Shown: piece by piece, positions 10,329 to 20,182 of the stretch
Numbering within the stretch: the stretch's first letter is position 1
Layout: each line of letters starts with the position of its first letter
Origin: Candidatus Omnitrophota bacterium
GTDB taxonomy: Bacteria; Omnitrophota; Gorgyraeia; Gygaellales; Profunditerraquicolaceae
Assembly (NCBI GenBank): GCA_011620275.1
Contig: WOZK01000007.1
Location: 1 to 62,509 of the forward strand
DNA: 62,509 nt
Direction of reading: 5' to 3'
Translations under genes and position numbers: made by a program
Notes under the pieces: generated by a model
Database searches by the model: none
What the model was told of the DNA's origin: nothing
The model's input: the letters and a program-made list of their open reading frames with translations, nothing else

Positions 10329-11384
10329 ATGTACATGGAAATACTCAATAAGGTTTTTTTAGGGAACCGGGTCTTGGATTATCTGATATCCTTCGGCGTT
10401 TTATTATTCGGTTTTCTTGCGATAAAAATTGTCGCGCTTGTGATTATTAAACGCCTTAAAGAAATTTCTAAGAGGACAACGACCACCTTAGATGACTTTT
10501 TTATGGATGTCATCGATAGAATAGGGGTGCCTTTGTTGTTTTTGGCGGTTTTATATGCCTCTATCAAAATTCTTACATTTCACCCGTATTTAGAAAAAGG
10601 GATGAATTATTTAGGGCTCGGGGTCCTGATTTATTTTGTTTCCCGCTTAGCGATCATGTTCATTACGTATGGTTTCACCGTATATTTAACTAAGCGCGGC
10701 GAGGATGCCAGCCTTGAGCGTAGTTTTCAGGGAATCCTTGTTGTAGTAAAAGGAATAGTTTGGGCAGGAGCGGTTATTTTCTTTATGGATAATTTGGGCT
10801 TTAAGATCTCGGCAATTATTGCCGGTTTAGGTATAGGCGGTGTTGCGGTTGCCCTGGCCGCTCAGAGTATTCTCAAAGACCTTTTTAGTTATTTTTCTAT
10901 CATTTTTGACCGCCCTTTTAAAGTGGGAGATTTTATCATTATCGGCGATTTTATGGGTACTGTCGAGTATCTCGGAATTAAAACTACACGCCTACGCAGT
11001 TTGGGCGGTGAGCAGGTAATATTTTCCAATACTGATCTCACCGACTCACGCGTGCGTAATTATAAACTGATGGAAAAAAGGCGTGTCGTATTCAAGCTAG
11101 GCGTTACGTATCAGACTTCACTTCAGCAACTGAAGGAAATTCCGAAAGTCATCGAGAAAATTATCAAGAATACTAAAGATACAGCGTTCGACCGCGCGCA
11201 TTTCTTTAGCTACGGCGATTTTAGCCTTATATTCGAAATCGTTTATTACGTCATCGGCCCGGACTACAACAAATATATGGATATCCAACAAGAGATTAAT
11301 TTCACGATTAAGGAAGAGTTTGAAAAGTGCGGAATAGAATTTGCCTATCCTACGCAGACGCTGTATGTGCAAAAGGCGGGGTAA
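10329..11384 (+). CDS. Small-conductance mechanosensitive channel (MscS family)
   Basis: AGLGIGGVAVALAAQ, DRPFKVGDFI, GIEFAYPTQTL. Confidence 0.95.
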   Translation: MYMEILNKVFLGNRVLDYLISFGVLLFGFLAIKIVALVIIKRLKEISKRTTTTLDDFFMDVIDRIGVPLLFLAVLYASIKILTFHPYLEKGMNYLGLGVLIYFVSRLAIMFITYGFTVYLTKRGEDASLERSFQGILVVVKGIVWAGAVIFFMDNLGFKISAIIAGLGIGGVAVALAAQSILKDLFSYFSIIFDRPFKVGDFIIIGDFMGTVEYLGIKTTRLRSLGGEQVIFSNTDLTDSRVRNYKLMEKRRVVFKLGVTYQTSLQQLKEIPKVIEKIIKNTKDTAFDRAHFFSYGDFSLIFEIVYYVIGPDYNKYMDIQQEINFTIKEEFEKCGIEFAYPTQTLYVQKAG

Positions 11385-11685
11385 ATGTTTGTGTTATCTA
11401 ATTTCTTGGTGGCTGTAGCGCGTATTTTAGATATCGGTCTGACGGTACTATATTGACTGATACTTATCCGTGCGTTAATTAGCTGGGTAAATCCTGATCC
11501 TTATAATCCCACAGTGCAATTTTTATAAAATGACTGAGCCGATACTTTATCCTATCAGAAAGATATTGCCAATGGGGTTAAGGTTTGGAATAGATATTTC
11601 GCCTATAATTGCGTTCCTGGGGATAATGTTTCTAAGATCATTTTTGGTTAGGACGTTGATAGATTCGGCATTAAGATTAAAATGA
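11385..11685 (+). pseudogene. yggT: YggT family membrane protein pseudogene
   Basis: MFVLSNFLVAVARILD...LY*LILIRALISWVNPDPYNP, frameshift, then TEPILYPIRKILP...GIDISPIIA; internal TGA at 11454 and frameshift near 11525. Confidence 0.85.
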
Positions 11686-11718
11686 AGAAAGCGTTTATAA
11701 AAGAAAGGGGGAAGAGAA

Positions 11719-12723
11719 ATGGAATGGAAAGATAATGTTCCTACGCCCGATGATATCATCGATGTAGGTAAGAAGAAATTTGGCGATTTTTTTAAATTTC
11801 TACCTTGGGTAATCTTAGGCCTTTTTGTTCTCATAGGCTTAAAAGGGGTAATTTATTCTATTGGCCCGGATGAGGTAGGCGTAATCCAGAGGTTTGGCAA
11901 ATACATTGCTTTAAGTTCGCCTGGTTTACATGCAAAGATACCTTTTGGTATAGAAAAGGTTACTCCTATCAAGGTAGAGAAGATATTTAAGGAGGAATTT
12001 GGGGTTAGAACCGTACGGTCCGGCGTAAGGACAGAATATTCTTCAAGCCAATATTTAGAAGAATCATTGATGCTTACCGGAGATTTAAATATCTTAGATG
12101 TACGTTGGATTGTGCAGTTTAAGATAAAGGATCCTGTAAAATTACTTTTTGCTGTCAGGGACCCTCAAGATGCCATACGGGATGTTTCTGAGGTAGTGAT
12201 GCGCCGGTTAGTTGGAGATTATACCGTAGATGAGGTACTTACTACCAAAAGAGAAGAGGTGGATCATTTGGCGCAACAGGAGATGCAGAAGATATTAGAT
12301 TTTTATCAGACAGGCGTTCAGATTGTTACGGTTAAATTGTTGGATGTGAATCCTCCTGAAAAGGTGAAACCGGCTTTTAATGAGGTAAATGAGGCAAAAC
12401 AGGAAAAAGAAAAGATGATTAACCAGGCCTGGGAGGCCTATAATAAAGTTATTCCCAAAGCCAAAGGCGAAGCAGAAAAGACTATCCGCGAAGCCGAAGG
12501 GTATGCTTTGGATAAGATAAACCGGGCAAAGGGTGAGGCAGAGAGATTCTTGGCTACCTTGGCTGAATATAAGAAGGCGCCCCAGATAACCCAAAAGAGA
12601 CTATATCTAGAGACATTGATGGATGCTTTGCCTCGGGCAAAAGAGAAGTATATCATCGACCCTAAACAATCTTCGATTTTACCTTTATTAAATCTGGGTG
12701 AGAAGGGAGGGGTAAAACAATGA
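11719..12723 (+). CDS. hflK: FtsH protease modulator HflK
   Basis: SPFH domain, MLTGDLNI, VKPAFNEV, PKAKGEA, RLYLETL. Confidence 0.95.
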   Translation: MEWKDNVPTPDDIIDVGKKKFGDFFKFLPWVILGLFVLIGLKGVIYSIGPDEVGVIQRFGKYIALSSPGLHAKIPFGIEKVTPIKVEKIFKEEFGVRTVRSGVRTEYSSSQYLEESLMLTGDLNILDVRWIVQFKIKDPVKLLFAVRDPQDAIRDVSEVVMRRLVGDYTVDEVLTTKREEVDHLAQQEMQKILDFYQTGVQIVTVKLLDVNPPEKVKPAFNEVNEAKQEKEKMINQAWEAYNKVIPKAKGEAEKTIREAEGYALDKINRAKGEAERFLATLAEYKKAPQITQKRLYLETLMDALPRAKEKYIIDPKQSSILPLLNLGEKGGVKQ

Positions 12724-13685
12724 AAGAGGGAATGTTAGGAACTATTTTAGGAGTTTTTGTGGTTTTGGTTATTTTGGTGATAGCCGCATTTGGAAGCGGT
12801 GCACTATTTATAATTGATGAAACAAAACAGGTGGTGATAACCCAGTTTGGTAAACCTGTGGGGCAACCCATAAGCTCTGCGGGGTTACATTTTAGGACCC
12901 CCTTTGTTCAGCAGGCGCATTACTTTGAAAAAAGGATTTTAAACTGGGATGGCGACCCAAACCAGATCCCTACCAAAGACAAAAAATATATCTGGGTAGA
13001 TACCACTGCCCGCTGGAAGATAATTGATGCCTTGAAGTTTTTACAATCCGTAGGTAATGAAATGGGTGGGCACAGCCGATTGGATGACATTATTAATTCA
13101 GCAACAAGGGATGCTGTTACTAATCACCTTTTAGTTGACGCGGTGAGGGATTCCAATCGTATTTTAGAAAGCAAGGAATTAGGGGAAGACGCTATTTTTG
13201 CCGATGAGGCGCTTGAGCGCATTGAAGTCGGCAGGCAGCAACTTACCCGCGCTATCTTAGAAAAAGCTAAAGTGCTGGCGCCTCAGTATGGTATTGAAAT
13301 CATAGATGTGCGTATAAAACGCGTCAATTATGTAGAAGATGTGCGCAATAAAGTCTATGATAGGATGATTGCCGAAAGAAAACGCGCAGCTGAGAAATAC
13401 CGCTCAGAAGGACAAGGTAAGTCAGCTGAAATTTCCGGCCAGGTAGGGAAAGAATTAAAACAAATTACCTCGGAGGCATATCGTCAGGCACAGGGAGTTG
13501 TAGGCAAGGCAGATGCCGAGGCGATCAACATATATGCCCAGGCTTATAGCCAGGATCCGGATTTCTATTCGTTCCTTAAAACCTTAGAGACTTATCAAAA
13601 GACGATTGATGAGAAATCTACAATAATCCTGACTACGGATAGCGACTATTATAAGTACTTAAAAGGACTGGAATCTAAGAATTAA
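12720..13685 (+). CDS. hflC: FtsH protease modulator HflC
   Basis: QVVITQFGKP, DVRIKR, RMIAER, DPDFYSFLKTLETY; overlaps the hflK stop. Confidence 0.95.
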   Translation: MKEGMLGTILGVFVVLVILVIAAFGSGALFIIDETKQVVITQFGKPVGQPISSAGLHFRTPFVQQAHYFEKRILNWDGDPNQIPTKDKKYIWVDTTARWKIIDALKFLQSVGNEMGGHSRLDDIINSATRDAVTNHLLVDAVRDSNRILESKELGEDAIFADEALERIEVGRQQLTRAILEKAKVLAPQYGIEIIDVRIKRVNYVEDVRNKVYDRMIAERKRAAEKYRSEGQGKSAEISGQVGKELKQITSEAYRQAQGVVGKADAEAINIYAQAYSQDPDFYSFLKTLETYQKTIDEKSTIILTTDSDYYKYLKGLESKN

Positions 13686-13848
13686 AGATAATAGCGCGGA
13701 AGTAAAAAGAAGTGTTAAACATGAAAAGATGGTATTACCCAAGGGGCATGGGGATATTGCTTCATCAAGGAGGGGAGAATACTTGACTTCCTAAAGCATA
13801 TGGCGTAATGTGTCCATTAGTCAGTACAAATTACGCCATACATTACAT

Positions 13849-14978
13849 ATGATTAAACGAATACTGGAAGAAAATATTATCCAACAAACCTTCCGCGGCC
13901 AAGTTTTAATTATTCAAAGCCCCCCGCCAGGTAGGGAAGACAACCCTTGCGTTGAACGTTACTAAGTCGCTCAAAAGCAAAATGGATATCAGGATTTTTA
14001 ATTGCGACGATCCCGACCATCGCGCTATTTTAGAGAACAAGGGGTTAGAAGCGTTAAAAAGCACCGTAGGCGGTGCCAAACTCATTGTTATTGACGAAGG
14101 CCAGAAGATTTCCAGCATCGGGCAAACCTTAAAGCTTTTAGCGGATTACTATAAAAATATATCCAGATTATCGTGACTGGTTCTTCGGCCATAAATCTTT
14201 TGGACAAGACGCAGGAATCTTTAACAGGCCGGAGAAGAATTTATACATTATATCCTATTTCTGCAGAAGAATCTTCAAAAGGCGCTGTCCCCTCAAGGAA
14301 AAGGTTGGAGTCGCTGCTCGTTTATGGCAGCTATCTGCATGTTATTACCAGCAGAAGGAAACAGGACAAAGTCGATATTCTTAAAGAACTAAAAACAAGT
14401 TATCTCTATCGCGACGTTTTTGATCTTCAAGGAATGAAGAATGCCGATGTGTTTATGAATCTTGTTAAAGCGCTGGAATACCAGATTGGCAACGAGGTAT
14501 CTTATCGAGAGCTTTCGAATTTACTTAAGATCAGCTATGCGACCGTGGAGCGATATTTACATATTTTGGAGCAGACGTTTATAATATTTCATCTACCCGT
14601 TTTTAAACGTAACAAAAGACGAGAGCTTTCCAAATTAAGAAAGATTATTTTTACGATGTCTGCGTCCGCAATGCCGTTATTAACAACTTTAACCCTATTG
14701 ATAAAAGAGACGACCTCGGCGCGTTATGGGAGAATTTTATGGTTGTCGAACGGATGCAATACCGTAAATATCATCAAATCGGGGCTAATCAATATTTCTG
14801 GCGTACCTACGATGGCAGCGAAGTCGATCTTGTAGAAGAGCGTGAAGGTCGTCTTTACGGCTATGAATTCAAATGGAAACCACGGCAGTATCCACAGGTA
14901 CTTGCGAAATGGAATGAATATAAGGGGAGTTCATATCAAGTTATCACGCCAAGCGAAATGAGAGGATTTGTTCACTAA
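13849..14978 (+). pseudogene. AAA_14/DUF4143 ATP-binding protein, multiply frameshifted
   Basis: Pieces in different frames: MIKRILE.., PRQVGKTT (Walker A), IVIDEGQ (Walker B), VTGSS, ESLTGR, LWENF, FWRTYDGSEVDLV..EFKW. Confidence 0.85.
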
Positions 14979-15068
14979 AATCGATGGATTATAAATTGCG
15001 AAGAAAACGACTTCATGAAATTACTGAAGCAAAAATATGAGATGAGGTTGAGAAATTCGCCAAAGATA

Positions 15069-15983
15069 ATGGGAAAATATTCCTGTCTTTTTATAATCTC
15101 GCTGATCGTTGTTCCGTTAATAACATCCCTCGCGGTTCCGCTTTACGCCACGGAGGTCTATCTGAATAATGGCGACAGGATCAGCGGCAGGATAGTCTCC
15201 GATGAAGGGGAACGGCTGAAACTGGAGAGCCCGGTGATCGGGAGCGTCGAGATCCCCAGGGAAAAGGTTAAAGAGATACTTTATGCGAAGTCCGTTTCCG
15301 CGGCGGCAGTCAAAGAAAAGGAGAAGCCGGCAAAATGGACGAGAAGCATATCCGCCGGATACAATAAGTCCAACGGCAACACCAAGAGTTCCAATTTCTC
15401 CGTTCGCCTGCTGATGGACAGAAAGACCGATGCCGATGAGTTCTCCATGAAAAGCGACGGCTATTATTCTTCTGCCAACAACAAAATGGACGCGCAGAAA
15501 TGGTCGGGGATGCTGCGTTACGCTTACCGTTTCCAGGAAAAATCCTGGTATAACTTTTATAAAATAGAGAACGATCATGACAGGTTTGCCAATATTGAAT
15601 ACAGGATTATTCCTTCGACGGGCTTAGGTTACTGGTTTTTCGATACCCCGGGTTTCAAGGCGCTGGCGGAATTCGGCGTGGGTTTTGAGCACACGAGATT
15701 CAGGAAGGAAGAACCGGATCAGAATGAAACGGTACTGATCCCTAGGGTGTTCCTGGAAAAGAAGGTTTTCAGCAGGTCCAAGGTTACGCAGGACATATCC
15801 GTTTATCCCTCTTTGACCGAGTTCGGCGAATACAGATTGCATTCCGAAACCTCCCTGGTGAATCCTCTCAATGAGAAGTTATCTTTATGTTTTAGCTTTA
15901 TTGACGACTATTATTCCGACTCCGCAGAGCCGGCTAAAAAGAACGATTCCCGTTTCATCTCTACATTGAGATATTCGTTCTGA
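15069..15983 (+). CDS. DUF481/YdiY-family outer-membrane beta-barrel (start 15015 or 15069)
   Basis: Signal-like N-terminus, VYLNNGDRISG small domain, amphipathic strands, C-terminal LRYSF. Confidence 0.85.
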   Translation: MGKYSCLFIISLIVVPLITSLAVPLYATEVYLNNGDRISGRIVSDEGERLKLESPVIGSVEIPREKVKEILYAKSVSAAAVKEKEKPAKWTRSISAGYNKSNGNTKSSNFSVRLLMDRKTDADEFSMKSDGYYSSANNKMDAQKWSGMLRYAYRFQEKSWYNFYKIENDHDRFANIEYRIIPSTGLGYWFFDTPGFKALAEFGVGFEHTRFRKEEPDQNETVLIPRVFLEKKVFSRSKVTQDISVYPSLTEFGEYRLHSETSLVNPLNEKLSLCFSFIDDYYSDSAEPAKKNDSRFISTLRYSF

Positions 15984-16160
15984 TGCTAAAATTCTTAGCG
16001 TGAGCCTTATTTAGACAACAAGGAGATAATCTCCGGCGCGTCCCTTTGCCGAGTTCAGGAAGACCATAAACGAGGGGCTGGATAAATCCGGGCGGCAAAG
16101 GTGGCGACATTCTCGAGAGAGCAAAGGTTACTCTTCCCGCTTCCGGTTCCAAATTATCCG

Positions 16161-16189
16161 TTGCGTATGTGTCCGTTAGAGTGTATAAT
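16161..16189 (+). promoter_or_regulatory. sigma70 promoter giving a ~225-nt leader to the glycosyltransferase
   Basis: TTGCGT-17-TATAAT. Confidence 0.55.
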
Positions 16190-16419
16190 AAAAATGCTCT
16201 TACGGCGATAGCGATGTAGTGTATCCCGGAGCGGAACAGTTTTGATGATGTCAAAGTAAGCACAGCCGCTTTTATTCTTCTGCGTCTTATCCACAGGCAT
16301 AGACCCAGACTTATATCACTTATAATCGTATCGCTTCGACAAAGGCATCGGTCTGCCGATTGATGCCGGACGAGACGTTTTTTCCTTTTAAGCCAACGGC
16401 TGGAGAGTAAGGAACCGTA

Positions 16420-17538
16420 ATGAAAAAGATACTGCTGCTCACTTTTGAATTCCCCATAGGCAAAGGGTATTGCGGCGGGGTAGGCCAGGTCGTCAAACAG
16501 TGCAGGGACGCCTTGACGGACATGGGGCACAAAGTTCATGTCTTGGTAAGCTCCGAATTCAGAAAGAAATACCCTGCGAAGCTTATCAATTCGGACGGAT
16601 TCGTCACCCAATATAACAATCTGGTCGCCTTCGAAAAAGAACACGGCTGGAGAGGCTTCGACTGCATAATCCAGCATTTCGTGAATTGGCCTGGTGAGTT
16701 GCGTGGGGTCAAGAACGGCGCTCATCCCCGCCCGAAGATAATCTATCATTTCCACAGCATCTTGCGTCGGGAGCGGGAATCCGGGTTCCGGACGCTCAAT
16801 TATTTTCTGCACAACCAGGAGAAAATGATAGAGCTCGCGGATAAGATAATATGTCCTTCCAATTACGAATACGATAACTTCTGTAGGTATTTCCCAAAGT
16901 TTGCCGGGAAACTGACAATGATAGAGAACACAATAGAGACCTTCCCCGCTTCGAGAGAAATCATGTACGGCATCAGGCAGAAATACGGCATAAAAGAAGG
17001 CGACATTACGGGCCTGTACGTCGGACGGCTCGAGCAGATAAAAGGGATAGAGGTAATTATCAATCATCTTCCGAAACTCCTGTTGAGGCATAAGAACTTC
17101 AAATTCTTCATAATCGGCAAGTCCCTGGAAAAAGGCCTCCACAAAAAGCTTCTCAAGGTATTGCGTAAATTTCCCGGGCAGCTTTTTTACGTAAGATATC
17201 TGGAAAAAGAAAAGCTGTTTCAGTTGTATTACCTGAGCGACATTTATATTAACCCTTCTTTAAGCGAATCGTTCTCTCTTTCCACCCACGAAGGGGCGTT
17301 GTGCAAGAACGCGCTTTTACTCAACAGACTGCCTGTTTTCGAAAAATTTAAAGAAGCGGCCTTGTTTTTCTCAAGCCAGGAGGCGGACGGCGCCGAGTTC
17401 TCCTCCCGGCTGGAATACCTGCTCACCCACAAGAACATGCGCCGCAGACTCGCCATAAAATCTTTCAAGATCGCGCGCAGCTTCCTGGCGGGGAAAAGGT
17501 TGAAAGCGGACCTATCCGGTTTCCTGAATTCCTTCTGA
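16420..17538 (+). CDS. Glycosyltransferase family 4
   Basis: EFP...GGVG N-terminus, LYVGRLEQIKG, DIYINPSLSESFSLSTHE. Confidence 0.9.
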   Translation: MKKILLLTFEFPIGKGYCGGVGQVVKQCRDALTDMGHKVHVLVSSEFRKKYPAKLINSDGFVTQYNNLVAFEKEHGWRGFDCIIQHFVNWPGELRGVKNGAHPRPKIIYHFHSILRRERESGFRTLNYFLHNQEKMIELADKIICPSNYEYDNFCRYFPKFAGKLTMIENTIETFPASREIMYGIRQKYGIKEGDITGLYVGRLEQIKGIEVIINHLPKLLLRHKNFKFFIIGKSLEKGLHKKLLKVLRKFPGQLFYVRYLEKEKLFQLYYLSDIYINPSLSESFSLSTHEGALCKNALLLNRLPVFEKFKEAALFFSSQEADGAEFSSRLEYLLTHKNMRRRLAIKSFKIARSFLAGKRLKADLSGFLNSF

Positions 17539-17670
17539 ACCGCAATTTTTCCTTCTCATCCGCTTCTTCTCCCAGGCTTTTCTTTTTATCTTCATTTTTC
17601 GTTGTTTTATCGGGGACACTTATGACGGAAGCTTCCGCAGCAGAAACGGGTTAGAAATACCCGGTACCGT

Positions 17671-17707
17671 TTGACAAAAGCGTGAAATATGTTAGAATTA
17701 TCTAACA
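17671..17707 (+). promoter_or_regulatory. Promoter with DtxR/MntR-type operator
   Basis: TTGACA at 17671; palindrome TGTTAGA-ATTA-TCTAACA 17690-17707 overlaps the -10 TAGAAT. Confidence 0.75.
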
Positions 17708-17739
17708 AGCGCATTGGGGCAGCATAAACGGGAGAGTAG

Positions 17740-18249
17740 ATGAGCGCGGGGATAAAAAAGATTACATCCAATATGGAAGATTACCTTGAAGCGGTGTATT
17801 CTTACGAGAAGAAGAACGGTTTTGCCAGGGTAAGCGATGTATCCGCGCGGCTGGGGGTGAAGAAATCCAGCGTCAACACGGCCTTCAAAATTCTCGCCAG
17901 AAGGGGGATGCTAAAGCATGAGAGATACGGATCGGCTTGTCTTACCGCCGCGGGCAAGCGCCTTGCCTGCGAGCTTCAGGATAAAGAGGATATGCTGTTC
18001 CGTTTCCTGACGGAGTATCTGTTCATCGATCCTGATACGGCAAGGGAGGAGGCCTGCAAGCTGGAGCATTCCGTCAGCGGGTTAACGCTGTCCAGGATGT
18101 CCGGTTTCCTTTCCTTTATAGAGAAGGAACTTCCGTCCGGCAGCCTCAGCGGCCTTGAGTCCCGAGTAAAAAGGGCGCAAAGGGTCAAAAAATGTAGAGA
18201 AAAAGGTGATGTTATGGGGAATTTTCATCTAGGTGTTAGCTCTGACTAA
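17740..18249 (+). CDS. DtxR/MntR family metal-dependent regulator
   Basis: MEDYLEAVY, ARVSDVSARLGVKKSSV, EACKLEH. Confidence 0.93.
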   Translation: MSAGIKKITSNMEDYLEAVYSYEKKNGFARVSDVSARLGVKKSSVNTAFKILARRGMLKHERYGSACLTAAGKRLACELQDKEDMLFRFLTEYLFIDPDTAREEACKLEHSVSGLTLSRMSGFLSFIEKELPSGSLSGLESRVKRAQRVKKCREKGDVMGNFHLGVSSD

Positions 18250-18251
18250 CA
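18234..18251. promoter_or_regulatory. Second DtxR-type box upstream of the permease
   Basis: TGTTAG-CTCTGA-CTAACA, same symmetry as the 17690 box. Confidence 0.65.
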
Positions 18252-18282
18252 TATCAAAAGAGAGAAAATAAAGAGGTAAATT

Positions 18283-19188
18283 ATGTTTTCATCCAAGTTT
18301 TGCGCTTCTTTTATTCATTATCTTGCCGTGACCGGCCCTGCTTTGTTCGTCGGATTTATCCTGAGCGGGGTCATCCATGAATTCGTCCCGGACGAGTGGA
18401 TAGAGAAGCACTTGGGCGGACGAGGAATGAAAGGGGTATTTTGGTCCACCCTGGTCGGAACGCTCGCTCCCGTATGCTGCTGGGGAGCGCTTCCCATCGC
18501 GGTGAGCTTCCGCAGGAAAGGAGCGTCTCTGGGGCCGATCCTCGCCGTCTTGATCGTTACCCCCGCCACTTCCGTGAATGCCATGGTAGTTACGGCGGGA
18601 GTTCTCGGCGTTAAATTCGCTGCATTCCTTTTCTTCACCGTGATCTTAATGGGCCTGGCCGCGGGTTTTATCGGCAACAGGATCGCGGTCAAGGGGAGCG
18701 GAAAGATCCCGGCCGTTACGGAATGCAGCCACGGCGGAAAAAAATGTCCGCATTGTGCGGCAAAGGCCCAAAAAGGTTTTCTCTCCAGGATGAAGTCGAT
18801 CCTCAAATACGCGTTCATAGATATGCCCAAAGATATAGGAAAAGAGATCCTCCTGGGCCTCGGGCTGGCGGCTGCGGTGGAAACATTGGTGCCCGTGGGC
18901 TATCTTGTGAAGACCTATCTTAAAGGGGCTGCCGGGTATGGCTTTGCGCTGGTTTTCGGGCTGTCTGTGTATTTCTGCGCCACTATGGGCGTGCCGGTGG
19001 TCGATGCCCTGATCAGGCGGGGCTTGAGCACAGGGGCGGGGTTTACCCTGCTTTTGGCCGGTCCGATCACAAGTTACGGGACCATCCTTGTTTTGAGAAA
19101 GGAATTCGGGACCCAAGTCCTGGTGATATATCTGGCGTTTATATGCTCGGCATCCTTGTTGGCTGGATACGTTTTTAGCCTGATATAA
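18283..19188 (+). CDS. DUF318/ArsP-family predicted metal permease
   Basis: Duplicated PVCCWGALP / YFCATMGVP motifs; Cys/His-rich loop CSHGGKKCPHC. Confidence 0.88.
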   Translation: MFSSKFCASFIHYLAVTGPALFVGFILSGVIHEFVPDEWIEKHLGGRGMKGVFWSTLVGTLAPVCCWGALPIAVSFRRKGASLGPILAVLIVTPATSVNAMVVTAGVLGVKFAAFLFFTVILMGLAAGFIGNRIAVKGSGKIPAVTECSHGGKKCPHCAAKAQKGFLSRMKSILKYAFIDMPKDIGKEILLGLGLAAAVETLVPVGYLVKTYLKGAAGYGFALVFGLSVYFCATMGVPVVDALIRRGLSTGAGFTLLLAGPITSYGTILVLRKEFGTQVLVIYLAFICSASLLAGYVFSLI

Positions 19189-19386
19189 AATTTTTTGAGT
19201 GAATGGTAGACATATCTAACTACAAAACAATCATTTCCTTGCATTTTGATTCCAAAACATCCGTTTCGGTGCTACAATAACCTAAATTATTGCCGTGTGC
19301 TCAGTTATGATTTCGATTCTGGGGACACGATACTTAATTATGGCGATTCAGTATTGTTTTTCTCAGGATTTTGAGGAGGCGTTGGT

Positions 19387-19656
19387 ATGGAGATCACGGT
19401 GCGCCAATTGACGCAGGAGGAGTTGAAGAAGAAGGGTGTCTTCGGCTGGCCAATATGGAGCAAAGAGATCTCGCGTTTCGATTGGCAGTATGAGTCGGTG
19501 GAGGAATGCTATTTTCTGGAAGGAGATGTGGAGGTTACTACTCAAGACGGGAAGAAGATGAGTTTCGGCAGGGGGGATTTTGTTACTTTTCCCGAGGGGC
19601 TCTCCTGCGTCTGGGAGATCAAGAGGCCGGTGCGCAAGCATTACAATTTCCGTTAA
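19387..19656 (+). CDS. Cupin domain protein (DUF861-like)
   Basis: WPIWSKE..FDWQY..EECYFLEG..GDFVTFPEG..W..VRKHY. Confidence 0.9.
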   Translation: MEITVRQLTQEELKKKGVFGWPIWSKEISRFDWQYESVEECYFLEGDVEVTTQDGKKMSFGRGDFVTFPEGLSCVWEIKRPVRKHYNFR

Positions 19657-19677
19657 GGGGTAGCGGAGGGGATTAAA

Positions 19678-20097
19678 ATGAAGATCGTCACCAAGCGGAT
19701 CGAGCTGGAAACCCGGGGCGCAGGGGATCTAATAGATATTACTCTCAAGGTACAGAAGAGCCTGGAAAGCGCCGGACTGCAGAGAGGCAACGTCACGGTG
19801 TTCGTGGTCGGATCGACCATCGGGATCACCACCTTTGAGTATGAATCCGGGTTGATCACGGACATGCAGGGGTTGTATAATAGTATCGCCCCGCAGGACA
19901 GGCATTATGCCCACGACGAGACATGGGGAGACGCCAACGGCTTCAGTCATCTTCGCGCCGCCCTGCAGGGGCCGTCGCTGACCGTGCCTTTCGAGAATGG
20001 GAAGCTGATCCTCGGCATTTGGCAGCAGATAGTGCTGGCGGAGTTCGATAACCGCCCCCGCGACCGCCAGGTCGTGCTGCAGATGATCGGGGAGTGA
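19678..20097 (+). CDS. YjbQ/UPF0047 family protein
   Basis: DIT..V, YAHD..GDANGFSHLRA, LGIWQQIVLAEFDNRPR. Confidence 0.92.
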   Translation: MKIVTKRIELETRGAGDLIDITLKVQKSLESAGLQRGNVTVFVVGSTIGITTFEYESGLITDMQGLYNSIAPQDRHYAHDETWGDANGFSHLRAALQGPSLTVPFENGKLILGIWQQIVLAEFDNRPRDRQVVLQMIGE

Positions 20098-20182
20098 TTG
20101 CCGGTCCAGGGGCATACGCGGGCATCCCGATAGACAACGTTCTTTTATCGAAACAGGATACACTCAAAGCGAGGAGGACTGT

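Noticed and set aside
11454-11456. Possible TGA recoding (alternative genetic code) in yggT
   Set aside because: TGA ends intact genes here (glgX, hflK, speE) and the same gene also has a frameshift
15961-17142. 393-aa minus-strand ORF
   Set aside because: Shadow of the GT4 gene with no recognisable motifs
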